Source: Raillietiella orientalis (Eukaryota). Taken from it: 64,000 bases of DNA. Position 1 is the stretch's first letter. Each line of letters opens with the position of its first letter. The notes under the pieces were generated by a model. The model did not search any database. It saw nothing but the letters and a program-made list of their open reading frames with translations, and was not told the origin of the DNA. The translations under genes were made by a program, and so were the position numbers. Of this stretch, positions 37,113 to 49,600 are shown one piece after another. Location of the stretch: the NCBI GenBank assembly GCA_036172245.1, contig JAYWIR010000029.1, positions 2,108,001 through 2,172,000 of the forward strand. The letters run 5' to 3'.

Positions 37113-38887
37113 TTGCTTTCCAAGAATTAAAAGGCATGACGGAGAATCCTTGGCTGAGGAAGCTGAGTTTGTGGAGCTCAACTATATAATTGCCAGAATC
37201 ACTTACCTTGACCTGCGGGGTTATACCTGAATGTCGGTTTGCCCGACGGTCTCTGGTCATCCGCGCGTTCCTCGACGAAGACTTCCTAGTCAGGGACACC
37301 TGCGTCCTGACGATGGTTCCGAGAATGGACGCATCGAAAATCACATCCGCGAACCACTGGAGCTTCGTGATTCCCGCCTCCTCCCTTACCTCCTTTTTCT
37401 AGGGTGCTGGAGGACGATCGTCGTTTCGTTTCATTTCGGGATGCGTCCGTCGACTGTTGACATGAGAGCATCCAGGCGGCCTTGTGGCTTGAGGGGTGCC
37501 CCCCCATATTCTTGGGGGCAGGAAAGGGAATGGAACTGGGTCGCAGATGAGGGTGGCGAATGCACTCACCTCGCTGCCCGACGGCGACGGAGGATCCACC
37601 CGGGTGTGTAGAAAGCGCATCTCTCCTCGTCCTGCATTTCAGCGCGATGCGCCATCGATCCCCTGCAGGTTGGCGCCCTCCCTCTCGTGGGAATCCCGGC
37701 AACGGGAAAGCGTGCTCCTGGCCCGCGCCGTTTCGTCCGGGAGTCCCCATTTCGCTTTCCCAAGTCGCTCGGAGCCACTGGATCGAGAGAGCGTCTCCGG
37801 GCTCGAAGGGCAAGTTTGGAAGTCAGCGTCGTTGCGATCAGGGTTCAGAATGCTCCGCATGTCAAGGGAAAATCTCCCAAGACTAGCAGATGGACCGGCC
37901 TCGAAACGAAACAAACAAAACACGCAAAAAAAAAAAAAAAAAAAACTGGCTTTTTACAAAAAGTTTTTCTGGCCGGTAGTTCGCTCGGAGGTGAACGGCC
38001 TTCTTGGAGAGTGAAACTCGCGGAATGGAAGCTGAGGGACCCGTTTGAAGTGATCTGCCAGCCAGTTGGTAGCCCTGAAGTTTTCCCGTGGCGGGACGCG
38101 AGTGTCGTCGGGTCCTTGCGTCAGTCGGGTGCAGAAGGCACCTGCGCGTCCGGAACTTGGGGCATGTGACGCGTTGCGTGACCGCAGCGTGAGCGTTCCT
38201 GCTGAGAAGCTCTCAAGGCACGGCGGGAACGCTCTCGAGATGCTGCCATTACGGGCATTCCATCAACCCGCGTCGCCTCCGAAACGGCTCCTTTCATCTC
38301 GGCATCTTCCGCAATTCTCGGATTCCAGACTGCGGAGGTTTCTGCTCTTAAGGCTGGGCCTGTTCCTTGACGGGGAGCGAGACTCGGCTCGGGGGGGTCA
38401 GTGTCCCTGAAGAGAGCGTGCGGTCCTCGAGCGACGCGCGCAGTGCGGGGAAGGCGGCAGAGGAGAGGCGACGAGCGCTGCGCTGGATGCAGGCGCTTCC
38501 GTGCGCGGTCCGAGGAGGGAAACTGGGAGAAGCCCGCAGACCGCGAGAACGATGCTCTCTGAGCCGAAAGCGCCTTCCGCTACCCCCTTGGAAGGTTGTC
38601 GACCTCGGGATCCGTCGGAGGGAGCTTTGGAGCACACGGAACGGCGCCTACAGGATTGGTCGAGGTTCGAGGATGCGCGAGAGTTCCTCTAAAGGTCGCG
38701 TCTCTCTGATTTCCTCTGGACCTCGGAAAAGGAGGCAGGGAAGGGCAGAGCCCACAAAGCGTCGGAGGGAAGCCAGGGGGTGTGGTCCTGACACCTCGGA
38801 CCGGTTCGCCAAGTACTAAAGAACCGTTCGCCTGGAAGCTCACGAAGCTCTTTGACACTTGACCACGCCATCAGAGCGTGAGTGTCA

Positions 38888-39400
38888 ACTCTTCAAGTTA
38901 GGGGGTGCCCCGGGGGGGAGGAGAGACTCAATGAATCCAGAAAGGAGTCCGTTCTTCTCTCTCTCTTGAGAGGGAACCCGTAAGAGAACCCCGAAGCCTC
39001 TTTTTTCTCTCCGCAGGGACCCCCGGGAAGGATCTGCTCCCTTTTTTGCTCCTCTAAAGAGAACCCCGAAGGGACACTTCACGATTTCTCCGAAGAGAGC
39101 TTCTCCACGCTCTGGAGAGGGATCCATCAACAGCTCCCTGGCGCGACTCCACTTTCACGACCGAAGGGGAGCCCCGGAGGACTCCTCAATTCCTGGAAGT
39201 AACCTCGGAGGGTCGACTTCCCCATCCTGACCAGTCGGGGGGGAGCGACCGGTTTCCACCTATGCTGCAGGACCCGATGCTCGTGGTTCAACTGACGTCC
39301 TCCTGCGAAGGACATCCGAAACCTGCATCCTCGGAGCCGATCCTCCGCGTGAGGATTCGAACCCTCGACGCTCGGTGCCGCGTTGTCGGCGCAGGGCAGC
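38888..39400 (-). mobile_element. tRNA-derived SINE-like repeat, copy 3
   Basis: B-box GGGTTCGAATCC on the minus strand (about 39353-39364). The body is colinear with 3750-4350, and the end ctcttcaagtta is shared with the 31500 copy. Confidence 0.6.
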
Positions 39401-42254
39401 TTCCTGACAGATGGAGAGCGCTCTCCGGTCCGGAGGGCGCGACCGGCAGCGGGTGGAGAGGGGATTCAGGTTTCGGGATTTTCGCCTTCGTTCGTCTTCT
39501 GCGTTCCCGCAGCTCGCGTCCCTGGTTTCTCCCTTGCTCCGTGTTCCTGCTGGCACTTCCTGGTAGCCGGCGGCTTCCTCCTTCCACGCTCGCGTGGGTG
39601 GAATCCCCTCGACCCCCCACTTCTCCTTTCGGTCTCCGACATCCGAGGGAAGCTCTCAGACGGACTTGCCCCTTCTGACGGGATAATGCGCGCGCACCAC
39701 GGGAGCAGTACCCGTTCCCGCATCTTCTTCTTCTCCTTCTGAAGTGACTAGTCGGCTGGGAGGCAGTGGTTCCGGAATGCGCGCCTGCGACAGTCAAGTG
39801 AATGCCTCCGGGCGCGCGCGCCGCACCTTCGCTGCCGAGGGAACTTTCGCGAGGGTCGTCGCGCTGAGCGCCGCCGCCTCCTGCGCACTCTCTCGCGTGT
39901 TGGCTGCGCGTAGCGAGGGAAACGCCTCCCGCTCCTTACGCACCACGCACCCGGACTCTGAAGACGCTCCCGTGCGTGTGGGGTGGGTGGAGTGAAGGGG
40001 AGAAAAAGACCGGATGACAGGGTGGAATGGGGGGGGGGAAGGAGCATAAGAGCCGTGAATGGAAAATTTGGGGAAAGAAGACCCCAGGGAATTCTCCACA
40101 AAGACCAGGGAAAGCCAAGAGACGAAAGGGGGTAGAGCGGCGGAGAGGGGGGCCTTTAGTACAGACTTCGACGCTGACTTGCCGTTCCGGTGTGGACCTA
40201 CGGAGGGGCCGATCCCGCGTGCGCTACGCGGTTCCCCGTGCGATTTCCCACCCCCTCTCCTCTTATCGGGAAGGAGGTTCGGGAGGTCATGAAGAAGTCC
40301 ACCTGCTGCTGGGGTTCGGGTACGTCTTACACCGGCGGCTGCTCCCCCTCTTCCTCGTCTCGGTCCTGTCGATGCGTCTTCCTACACTCCACGGCCTGTT
40401 GGAGAGCACGTGCTTTCGGGAGGAGGGTTCCCCTTCGAGGCTCCCTTCCGAGGTCAGGATCTCCCTTCTGGGGTACGCACTTCCGCGGAGCAAGCGGATC
40501 CTGCATGACGGGAGTGGCGACCTGGCCTCCAGGGGATCCGTTGCGAGCAGACCCGCGACCTCGCTAAAAGGCGCACCAGGTCCCGAGGGAGAATCACGGA
40601 TGCTCCCCGTCCTTTCACTTCGAAGCCACATAGGAGGACGACCTCCAGTTCGGGAGTGAGGCAAGCAACCGCGGTTCTTCCTCTTCAAACCAGGAGGTCC
40701 GAGCAGCCGTGCCGCCCCCTATCATCCCCTCCCTCTCTCACGCGCGCACTTGCGCCGGGAGGAGCTCGTCTGCGGCCCGCGGAGCCACGTCGCGCGCGTA
40801 TCCGGGTCGGGGGGGAGCGCGAGGTGGCGAGGGAGGAGGAGGAGGAGGAGGGAGAGAAGCCGTCGAGACACGCGTGAGTCCCTCTCGAGGCCCGTCCGGA
40901 GTTCCTGCCCTCTCCCTCTAGCGCGCGCGTCCGCGCGATTCTTCCAGCAGCGGCCGGCCGATGAGAGTGGGCGCCAGTGCGTTCCCAGCTGGCAGGGAAA
41001 GTGGCGCCGTCGAAGGTGATGGCAATGATTCGGAAGGGGGGGGGGGGAAGAGAGAAAGAGAGAGAGGGAGTGAGAGGATGCGAGTCTCGAAGTGGGTCAC
41101 GTGACCCGGCGCCGAGCGAAGCGCGCGGCCCGGAGGGGCCGAGAGGAGGGAGGGAGGGAGAGAGGAAGGGAAGGAGTAGAGCTCGCGAGCCGAAGAGCGG
41201 CTCATTCTCGCTGGAGGCACCGTCCCTCGCCGAACCCCTTCGTCCCTCTCTCCCTCTCCCCTTCTGCGAGTCGACTTCCGGCTCCGCCCCTCCCGTCGTC
41301 GCACGCACCGCCCCCGCTCGAGATTTGTGGGTTAATCGGCACCCGCAGCCGCGGTGCGGGACATCGCCGACTGTGGTGAAGAGAAGGCGGTGAGCGCGGG
41401 CGGCCTCCGGAACGCCCGTCACCAGCGGTCGCCAGGGAGACGCGAAATTTCACTCTGGTCGCGCAGCGCCTGCCGTAGGCGCGCACGAATGCTGCAGAAA
41501 AGCTGCTACCCCGAGGCTCGGTCCTGCTTCTATCCCGGGCGCTTCCGATGGGGACGCGGCCCCAAGAGGATCTGAGAACGCTCCGGGAGGGAGGCGGCAA
41601 AGGGGTGGCAGTGGAGGAGGATCGCCTCAGAAGTGACTGTGCGGGGAAGGGAGCTCGAGGCTTCTTGTGGGTCTGCCGGGTCGACCGCCTCCACCCAAAA
41701 GAACAGTCCCTCTCAGATGGACGGACCCCCTGCTACATCCAGAAGATCTGCCTCGTCCTCTCTTTCAGCTTACGGCTTCTTCACTCAGGCTCATGAGAGA
41801 CCAAGGAGCAGGTGGGGGCAGATAGTTGTAGGTGCCCGGGAGAGGAGGATCCGAAGGGGATGAGGAAGAAGGAGATGTCTCGTATGGGTTCTTTCTTCCG
41901 GGAATGGCTTTCCGAGAGACTGCGAAAACGAGGGAGCACGGACCAAGTCCCTCCTCCTCCCGTCGCTTGCCACCGCCCTCGGACAGAAGGGGACGGCAAG
42001 GACTAAAGGAGCTCCGCGTGACATCCTGCGGAATGGCTCGGCCTCCGCTTCCGGGAAGCTCTGGAGCACTGCATACGGAGTCGGAGGAGGAGGGGAACGG
42101 AAGAGTCGGGAAAGGAGGGAAGAGGTGGTGGCGGTGGAGACTCGGCATACAAAACCAGTCGGTGGGAACAGAAGGACGAGCTCGAACCTGTGGCGCTTCC
42201 TTCCCGGTGATGATGTCAGCGAAGGCAAAGATTTCCGTCCTCGAGCTCGTGACG

Positions 42255-42520
42255 AAAAGAAAGGAGGAGGAAGAAGGGAGGAGAGAAAGAGGAGGAAGAA
42301 TAAGGAAGGAGAAAATGAACGGGAGGAGGAAGGGAGGAAGAAGAAGAAGGGAGGAGAAAGAGGAGGAAAAAGGGAAAAGAAAGAGAACCGAAGGAGGAAG
42401 AGAAAGGGAGTAGAAAGAGAAAGGGAAGAGGAAAAGAAGGAGGAGGAAGGGAGGAGAAGGAGGAAAGGGTGAACGGCGTAGGAGGTGCAAAGGAAGGAAG
42501 AGGAAGAGGGAGGGGGAGGA
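42255..42520. repeat. Purine-rich (G/A) low-complexity tract
   Basis: Almost exclusively A/G on the plus strand for about 260 bp. Confidence 0.9.
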
Positions 42521-45500
42521 AAGCATTTTTTCCCTTACCCCGTTCTTCTCAGGGAAGAACGACCTTTTTTTTGGTGACGTCAAGGAACGCGCTCGGCCGC
42601 GAGTCCTGGATGCCTTGATCCAGGTGGTGCAAGACTGCTGATCGGGAAAACCTCACTCTGAAGTAGCATGAGAAAGAAAACGAGAGAGCAAGTGGAAAAG
42701 GAGTGAGAGGTGGGCAAGTGCGTCCTCCTCTTTCTCTGTGGGAAGGGCAGGTTTGAGAGGACCGGTTGGCGGCCTCTTTCCTCCGTCGCTTCCTACACGT
42801 CTCTAGTCTCTCTCAGTGATTTCCAGAGCTCCCCTTCCTATTCTAGCACCGACTTTTCGGAACGGTTTCTCCTTGCTCCTTTCCCTCCTCCCCTCTTCTC
42901 TCCCTTTTCCTTAGAAAGAAAAAAAATCAGCATCAAGAAGAAGAACAAGAAGCAGAAAGGGTCATCCCCGAATGTCTTGGCTTTCAGGACGAGGGCGGAA
43001 CGGAATTCCAAGGAAGGGACGGAAGCACTGGAACGGCGACCACTCCCCCACTCTTTCGAGACACACACACGTATAGAAAGAAGAAGATGAAGGAGATGAG
43101 GGGGGAGAGGTAGGGGGTGAGAAGCGAAGAAGAAGGAAAACCGGAACGCGTTTTCTGCGGAGGAGGGCGGCAGCTACAGCCCCATGGAGACTCTGCCCTA
43201 CTAAAACACGCGGCTCACTTCCGAGGCGCGACCATCCGCCTTGAGCCGCTCCCGTCGAAGCTCTCCGAGAGTGCCTCTGCGAGCGGAGACAGCAAAGAAA
43301 GTTGCTCGAGGGATTCTTGTCTGTACCCCCCCCTTCCTCTCTGCCTGCCCTCCCTCCCTATACCTGTGGGCGGGTAGAGGAGACGCGCAGAAGGAGCCCT
43401 GACTCGTCCCGCAGGCGGCGCTGCGAAAGATAGGAGGAGGGGGAAAAGGAGAGAGCATCGCCTGCCTCTCCCCCTCTCCTGCTTTCGTCGGTCGCCATTC
43501 GCTTGTGGCCAGAAGGGTGGTCGCTTCTTGCCCTTTCTGCAAAGGAGGGGAGGGGGGGGGAAAGGACCTCACCTCCACGCACCCAGCGGGAGTCGCCGTT
43601 CTCGCCGCCTGCCAGATCTCCCTGCAGCTGAAAGGTCGGGGGTAGAGAGGGACAGAGGAGGGTTGGTGTCTGCTCCTCGTCCCTTCCCTGCTCTTCAAGG
43701 GGCCGAACGCCGCGTCCCGGCTAGCAACCCCGCAGGATGAGAAAGGTGCGTCTGCTCTCCGTTCCGTGGACCGGGGTGGCGGGGTTATGTCTTCAGGAGG
43801 AAGGGGTGCGTAGGGTCGCGCGGAGGAAGGGAAGCCCCTGCTCCGGAAGGGTGCAAGTCACGTGCCGCGCTCTCACCCTCGGACGGTCTGTCTCCTAGTG
43901 AAAGTTCGTCTCGGCGGCACCGGGTACGGGAGCGCCAAGTGGAACGCCCGCGCGCCCTTGGACTGCTTCCATGGCTACGACTCGAGAAAGGATCCTTGGA
44001 AAGAGCTGCGCGCTCGGAAGATCACGGGCAGGAGAGTTGACCCGCCGGGATCCCGGAGGGTACGGGAGAGAAGAAGCGCACTGGTCTCCTGGGAAGCTCC
44101 AGCAGAAGCCCCTGGGTGACGCGCGCGCGCACTCGAAAAATCTCGACGCGAGCCGCTCCGGTGGCGATTCCTTCCGGAGACCTTCGCAAAGCAGGCGGGA
44201 TTTTCCCCAGGCAGGAGGATCGGAGGGCTGGGAAGTGGAGCCGCTCCTCTCGGGGAAACCTCCGTCCAAGGGGAGGAGTGCCTCCTCTCTTTGCCGGCTA
44301 TTGATCAGGGCAGGGGGGAGGGGGCGCATGTGGAAACAGGAGCCCGGCCACACGGAAGAGGGCCGGCGGAGAGGGTGCGCTGCCTTCCCTGGAGAGCCGC
44401 GATGCCGCCAAGTGGCTATGCCGGTAAGTCCGTGCCGCAGGGCTCTTTCGCCGGATCGGTCGGTGCCATCGGGACCTTCCCCACGGGGACAAGCGCTCCC
44501 AGACCGCTCGGACCTGCTTCTCCCTTCCCCTGATGGTCTCCCGCCTTCCTGAAGCCCTGCGCTTTTCTTTCCCATTTCCGATTTGAGGTCACGTTTTGCC
44601 GGGTAAAAGGAAATGCATTGAGGTCAGTAGGTAGACCGATTTCCCTTTCAGCGGTCCGGCGGCGCTCTCTGTGCTCCGAGGCAAAGGCGGTGCTGTCGCC
44701 ACAGTCCGGATCTGCGAGCCAAACCCGTCGCAGCCGAAAATTCCTGCTGACGGCGCCTCTCTGCCCTCCGTCGCCACCTCTGGAAAGTCCGTGGATCCTG
44801 ACGGGACGGGAAGCCGGCGCTACGCGCACGCACGCACGGAGAAAGAGGCAGAGAGCGGGAGAGAGAGAGAGAAGGAAATGCCCCAGGGCTCTGGAAAGTG
44901 AAATGAGCGAGCAGTAGGTTTCCGAGCGGCCCGACCCCAGTACTCGTAGCTCCATCCCCTGTCGACGTTGGGCAGCAGCTGGGTTCGCCTCTCGCACAGG
45001 CTGAAGCGGTCACATGGTGCGGTCGCTGTAGTGTCTTCTCCTCCACCCTCCTCCTCCCTCCTCCTCATCTCTCTCGCCGGGAAATGGTCGGAGCTCTGCC
45101 TCCGACTTCACCTTAAGAACCGCCCTTCTTGCACAAAGAAGTTGTCCGGAATCGGCTCGGTAACGGTACGGTGCCGCAGCGCACGCATCTGCCAGGTAAG
45201 GGAGTCAAGTGTTTTGTGTTTGGCAGCGGCAAGTGTTCCGGGCCCGCGAGGAACCAGGGTGGGTGGGGTGGCGCTCCTCTTTTCCTTCCTTCCTTTCCTT
45301 TTTTTGTGTGTGTATGTGACTGGTCTTTTGCTTTATTTTTCGAATTTCATTTTCGTTTTCATTGTTTGGACTTGGCACTCCTGAGGCTCGCGAGGCGAAC
45401 GAGGACGCGGGGGCTGGAAGGGCGCTCGTCGCGGTAGGAATTCCTCGCTTTGTTCGCCCCGGTCCGCTCCCTTCCTCCTTCTCTTCCTTGGCGCGGCTGC

Positions 45501-45562
45501 GGAAATTCAGGCAAAGGCAATGAACTCCCACGACGAGGGTCGCAAATGCACGGGGCGAGCGC

Positions 45563-45568
<6 letters not shown>

Positions 45569-45600
<32 letters not shown>
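45569..45600. repeat. (GA)16 microsatellite
   Basis: Perfect GA dinucleotide run. Confidence 0.95.
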
Positions 45601-45605
<5 letters not shown>

Positions 45606-46267
45606 GTGCGGGAAGCGGGCGGGCGCCCATTGTTTCCGTGGATACGGCGGAGGGAAGTTCTTCGGGATCTCCGTCACTCGCGCCGCTGTCGTCCGGGAGC
45701 AGCGCGCGGCGGCCGCCGCCGCTTTTCGGTGCTGTCTTTTACTTTCGCTGATCGTGCCCGCCCCTCTCGACTCACGCTCGGGAACCCGCTCACCGCTTCC
45801 GATTGGAGGAGCGCCATCCTTTGTTCCGAGAAGCTGCCACGGATGAGAACGGGATGGCCGGAGTTCGAAGCCGCCGCCCGAGCGGGTCGGTCATCCTCGC
45901 TTGCGGCGGGGCGCTCGCGGACGCACTGGCCGCGAGCGGTGCGGAGGGGGAAGGGGGTGCTCGAACAGAGCGGCAAGCGGGCAGACGGGCCCAGGGAATC
46001 CCTCGCCACCCCGGCGGCGAGGGTGTTCCACACGCGTCTCAAAGGGCTCTCAGGCGTCCGGGAAGCACCGTGACGTGGCTCCCTGCTTCCCTTACGTGTC
46101 GGGCCCCGTTTCCTCTTTCGCCCCCAGAGAAACCTCCCTCCTGGAAAAATCTCCTGGGCGCATCAGGGTAGCTCCGCTTTTGCTGTCATTCGTGTCCTCC
46201 CGGAAGAAGAAGGAACTCCAGGTCATTCACTGGGCGGACAGGCACGTGGGCCGAGTGGCCGAGCCCT

Positions 46268-46658
46268 CCATTTCCTGCTGAACAAAAGAATAAAGTGGGG
46301 GACAGCTTATTTACTGTAGACAAGAAACTTTAGACAGTAAGCGGATGATTCGATGCGGTTTTGGTGCGTCAGGCTGTGTAGCTCTCTGCAGTTTCAAGTG
46401 CTGTAATAACCAAATTAGAGATCCTTGATTCTTCTGACACAATTAAGATATGCACTGAATATGCACATAATGGTAAGAAATATGATTACTCGCCTGTGTC
46501 ACATTCAGTGCAAGAGGAATTGGGGCCAATATATGAAGAACTGCCTGGATGGAAAGAAGATACTCAACTGAGGTAAACGATCAACTGAGAAATTACTTGC
46601 TAATTTGATGAAGTATATAAGAAGGATAGAAGAGTTAACAGATGCACCAATTCATCTG
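46268..46658 (+). pseudogene. purA: Bacterial adenylosuccinate synthetase C-terminal fragment (Wolbachia/Rickettsiales-like), pseudogenised nuclear insertion
   Basis: Translates as PFPAEQKNKVGDSLFTVDKKL*TVSG*FDAVLVRQAV*LSAVSSAVITKLEILDSSDTIKICTEY...YDY...PIYEELPGWKEDTQ, then after a frameshift ANLMKYIRRIEELTDAPIHL. These are the PurA PFPTE, GWFD, TKLDVLD and PIYEE.PGW motifs. No introns; AT-rich island in GC-rich DNA. Confidence 0.9.
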
Positions 46659-49600
46659 CAGGCACGTGGGCCGAGCATTCGAGCTCTCCCGGGCGCTCCG
46701 CACCCGTCGCTTTCTGGATGGGAAGCCAAGCGCGAGCCCCTGTCGCGGACCGGGAGCACGTGGCTCCGCGTAGGTGTTCCGCCCCTCTGCGGCGAGCCAA
46801 AGGGTTCGAGCACGCGAACGCGCGCGCGGGGCGCCCGGGCGCGTCCACTGCTTACCAAAGAAGGGGAAAGGGAAACGAGGATGTCCGCTCCCCTGAGGCG
46901 AGGGAGCGCGCGGCCCCACTCGCTCGTGAAAGACGTTGGAAAGGAGGCAGCAAAGCGCAACATCCGTCAACGCGGGCTGCTGCACTCCCCAGCGTTCTTT
47001 CTTTCTCCGTCAACGCTCTGTTTCTCCCCTCCCCCCTTGAAGCCCGGAGAAAGTGACCGGGGGCAACGGGGGGCCCACCTTGGACTGCTGCTCTTTGGTC
47101 ACCTCCTCCCCGTGCTCGGGGTGCGGTTCAAAGATCGGTCACACGGCACAGATCCCGGTTCCTACCAGGAAGTCTTCCGGGCGCGACCCGAAAGAGTCGG
47201 TGCCCGGAGAGGGTGCAGACGCTCGGGATATGCCTCGATCCGTCTCTGAGGCCTCCGGGGCCGATTCCCTGCTTCGGGAGAAACCGTCCCCACAAAGCGG
47301 AGAGGAGGGCGGGATCGACCGGCCACTCCCTCCCGCGTTCGGACGACACCGACGGGCACGAACGCGTCCAGGAGCACCGGTTTGAGCTTCTCTCAGAGTC
47401 TCCTTTAAAACAGGAGGAAGGGTGGGGTCTCCTAAAGGGTCCAGTCAAGCGGATGGGATGGCCGAAAGCAACGGTTCGTCGGTCCTGGAAGCGCCTCCCT
47501 CCCAAGGTCAGAGGCCCATCCAAGAAGGTTCGTCTCCTAGGAGGAAGATGCAGCGGACTGAAGCTGCTCTCTCGGCGCTCCCCCCTCTGCACTAAGGTGG
47601 TCAGTGATGGCGCGGAAAGTGGGCAGGTGGCGCCTGGCGCCGAGGGCGTGAGCTGCAGCCTGGAAGAAGAGAGGAGAGAGAGGCCCAAGTCTTCCCTTCC
47701 TTTCCTCTTTTGAGGGAGGGAAAAGAGAGAGGAGATCCACCACCCACCGGCAGATTCACAGTGGCCGAGCGCATCCTCTGCTTCCTCCTTTCGTCCCTGT
47801 CCGACCCATTTTTCCCGATTTTTGTCCCTATTTCCTGAGTGCGTGAGGCGGGCTCGCCGAATGTCCTTGAGGAGGCAGGTCGCGCGCGCAGGACGACCGG
47901 GCCGCCCGCACATGTGTCCACAGATCATCTCCTTGGTGTTTTCCCATCGTCTGAGAGGACAGAGGGCAGCACTAGGGTTTCTGTAGCTCTTCCGGGAACC
48001 TATCAGGTGGCACTCGGGCGGGCCAATTCAATTCATCAAAACGCAGCTCCTGTTTGCGCAGGAGTATAGGAGCGGAGTTACTCGGGTAACCGGAGGTTGT
48101 CCAGTGCGAAACGCTTGAGACCCAGCGTCCAGCGTATGTGCGCTTGGCGCCAGGTAGGGAGACGCGGCATCCCGTCGTGCAGCTTCATGGCCCCTGCCAG
48201 TTTGCATTTTATGAACCTTTCGGACGAAGTCGCTTTGCGAAGTGGTGTTCGCCCTCCCCCCTCCCCCCCTCATGCGGCTTTAGACTCCGGCCCGCTGGCT
48301 CCAGAAGGCGCTCTCGCTACACTCTGCGGACGGGAAGGACGACCGGTGGAGGGAGGACGGAGTCGCCGTTGCAAAGGACCCCTGGCAACTCAATGGGTAA
48401 TTGGGACTACTATGGGGTTCTCCGGAGCCATCACGTCTCGGTCGCTCCTCAGTCGTCCCTGTGGCTGGGGAGGCTCTGAGAGTCCACCGGGGAATGCAAG
48501 GATGCCATTTCGCGGTCTAGGAGAGAAAAAGCTGACCAGGGGGAGGGAGACCGCTTTTTGGAACCCATGGCAACGTATGGTCAGGCCGCATTCACTCGGA
48601 TTCCTCCCTTCCTGAACACCGCCAGCCGGGAGGGGTAGATTGGGGTAGCCGCGATGACGATCTCCAGCACTGCTAAGGCTTACCGGGAGAGGAAGGGAAT
48701 GTTCATGGGAACCTTGACGACGTGAGGCATCCAGTGCCGGCCGGAAGCCCAGCGCAACAATAGCAGCCACCACGGATTGATGCTTCGTCGGGAGAGGTCA
48801 AAGAGGGAGGAAAGGGCTACTGGATGAGAGAGACTAAGGAGGATTGTCTATCCCCCTACCTGCTCATGCCTTCGAGGAATCGTCCGCCGGCTTTCCCAAG
48901 GGAGAAGATGCATCCCACTCGGTCTTTCCTGCTTCCCCTCATCCCATGAGTCATTTCGAAAGGGCTGAAAGGGCTCTTCTATAATCTCCCCTCCTGCAGG
49001 GAGCGCAGAAGCCTACTACGGAGGCAAAACAGCTGACTGTGGACGGAAGGGAGGAAAGGTGATTAGGAGGTCAGGACTCCGAGAGGGGAGAACGCTGCGG
49101 GCCGTCGCGGCAGTCCCGTGTCTTCGGCGCTTCCTTCGGCTGCATTGACAGTGTCAGCGTAGGGGGGCACGTCTGGCGCTCTGGCCCAGGCAGCACCGGG
49201 AGGAGGAGGATGCCGCACGGAGGGGGAGGGGGAAGAACAGTGGGTGGTTGAGTGTCCACCGTCTCTTGTGCCGCCCGTTGCAGAAAAACGGAAAGAGGCG
49301 GTAGCTCAGGCCGGTCCACATTCCGGTTTCGGCAGGGACCACGTGAGAGGGGAGCTCCTGGAGGCGCAGGCTGCGCTTCCTTTCGCCTGCTGCTGACCTC
49401 TTCCCGCACCGAGGAGAGACGTGCAAGGAACTCCGTCCCGACAGACACGTGGGCTTTTCGCACGCGGGGTGTAATATCCTGGGGAGGAGGAGCGGGACAA
49501 CGGACAGGGATCTTCCTTCTCCTCCTCCTCCTTCCCACCCTGTTGTCCCGCCGGTGGTCTCATGGAGGGCTTCGCTCTCTTGCAGGTGACTTCCCCTCCC

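Noticed and set aside
39700..45000. Many long overlapping ORFs (100-270 aa) on both strands
   Set aside because: Arg/Pro/Gly/Ser-rich, no recognisable domains, and expected by chance in GC-rich or purine-tract DNA (e.g. 41765-42583 is simply the GA tract).
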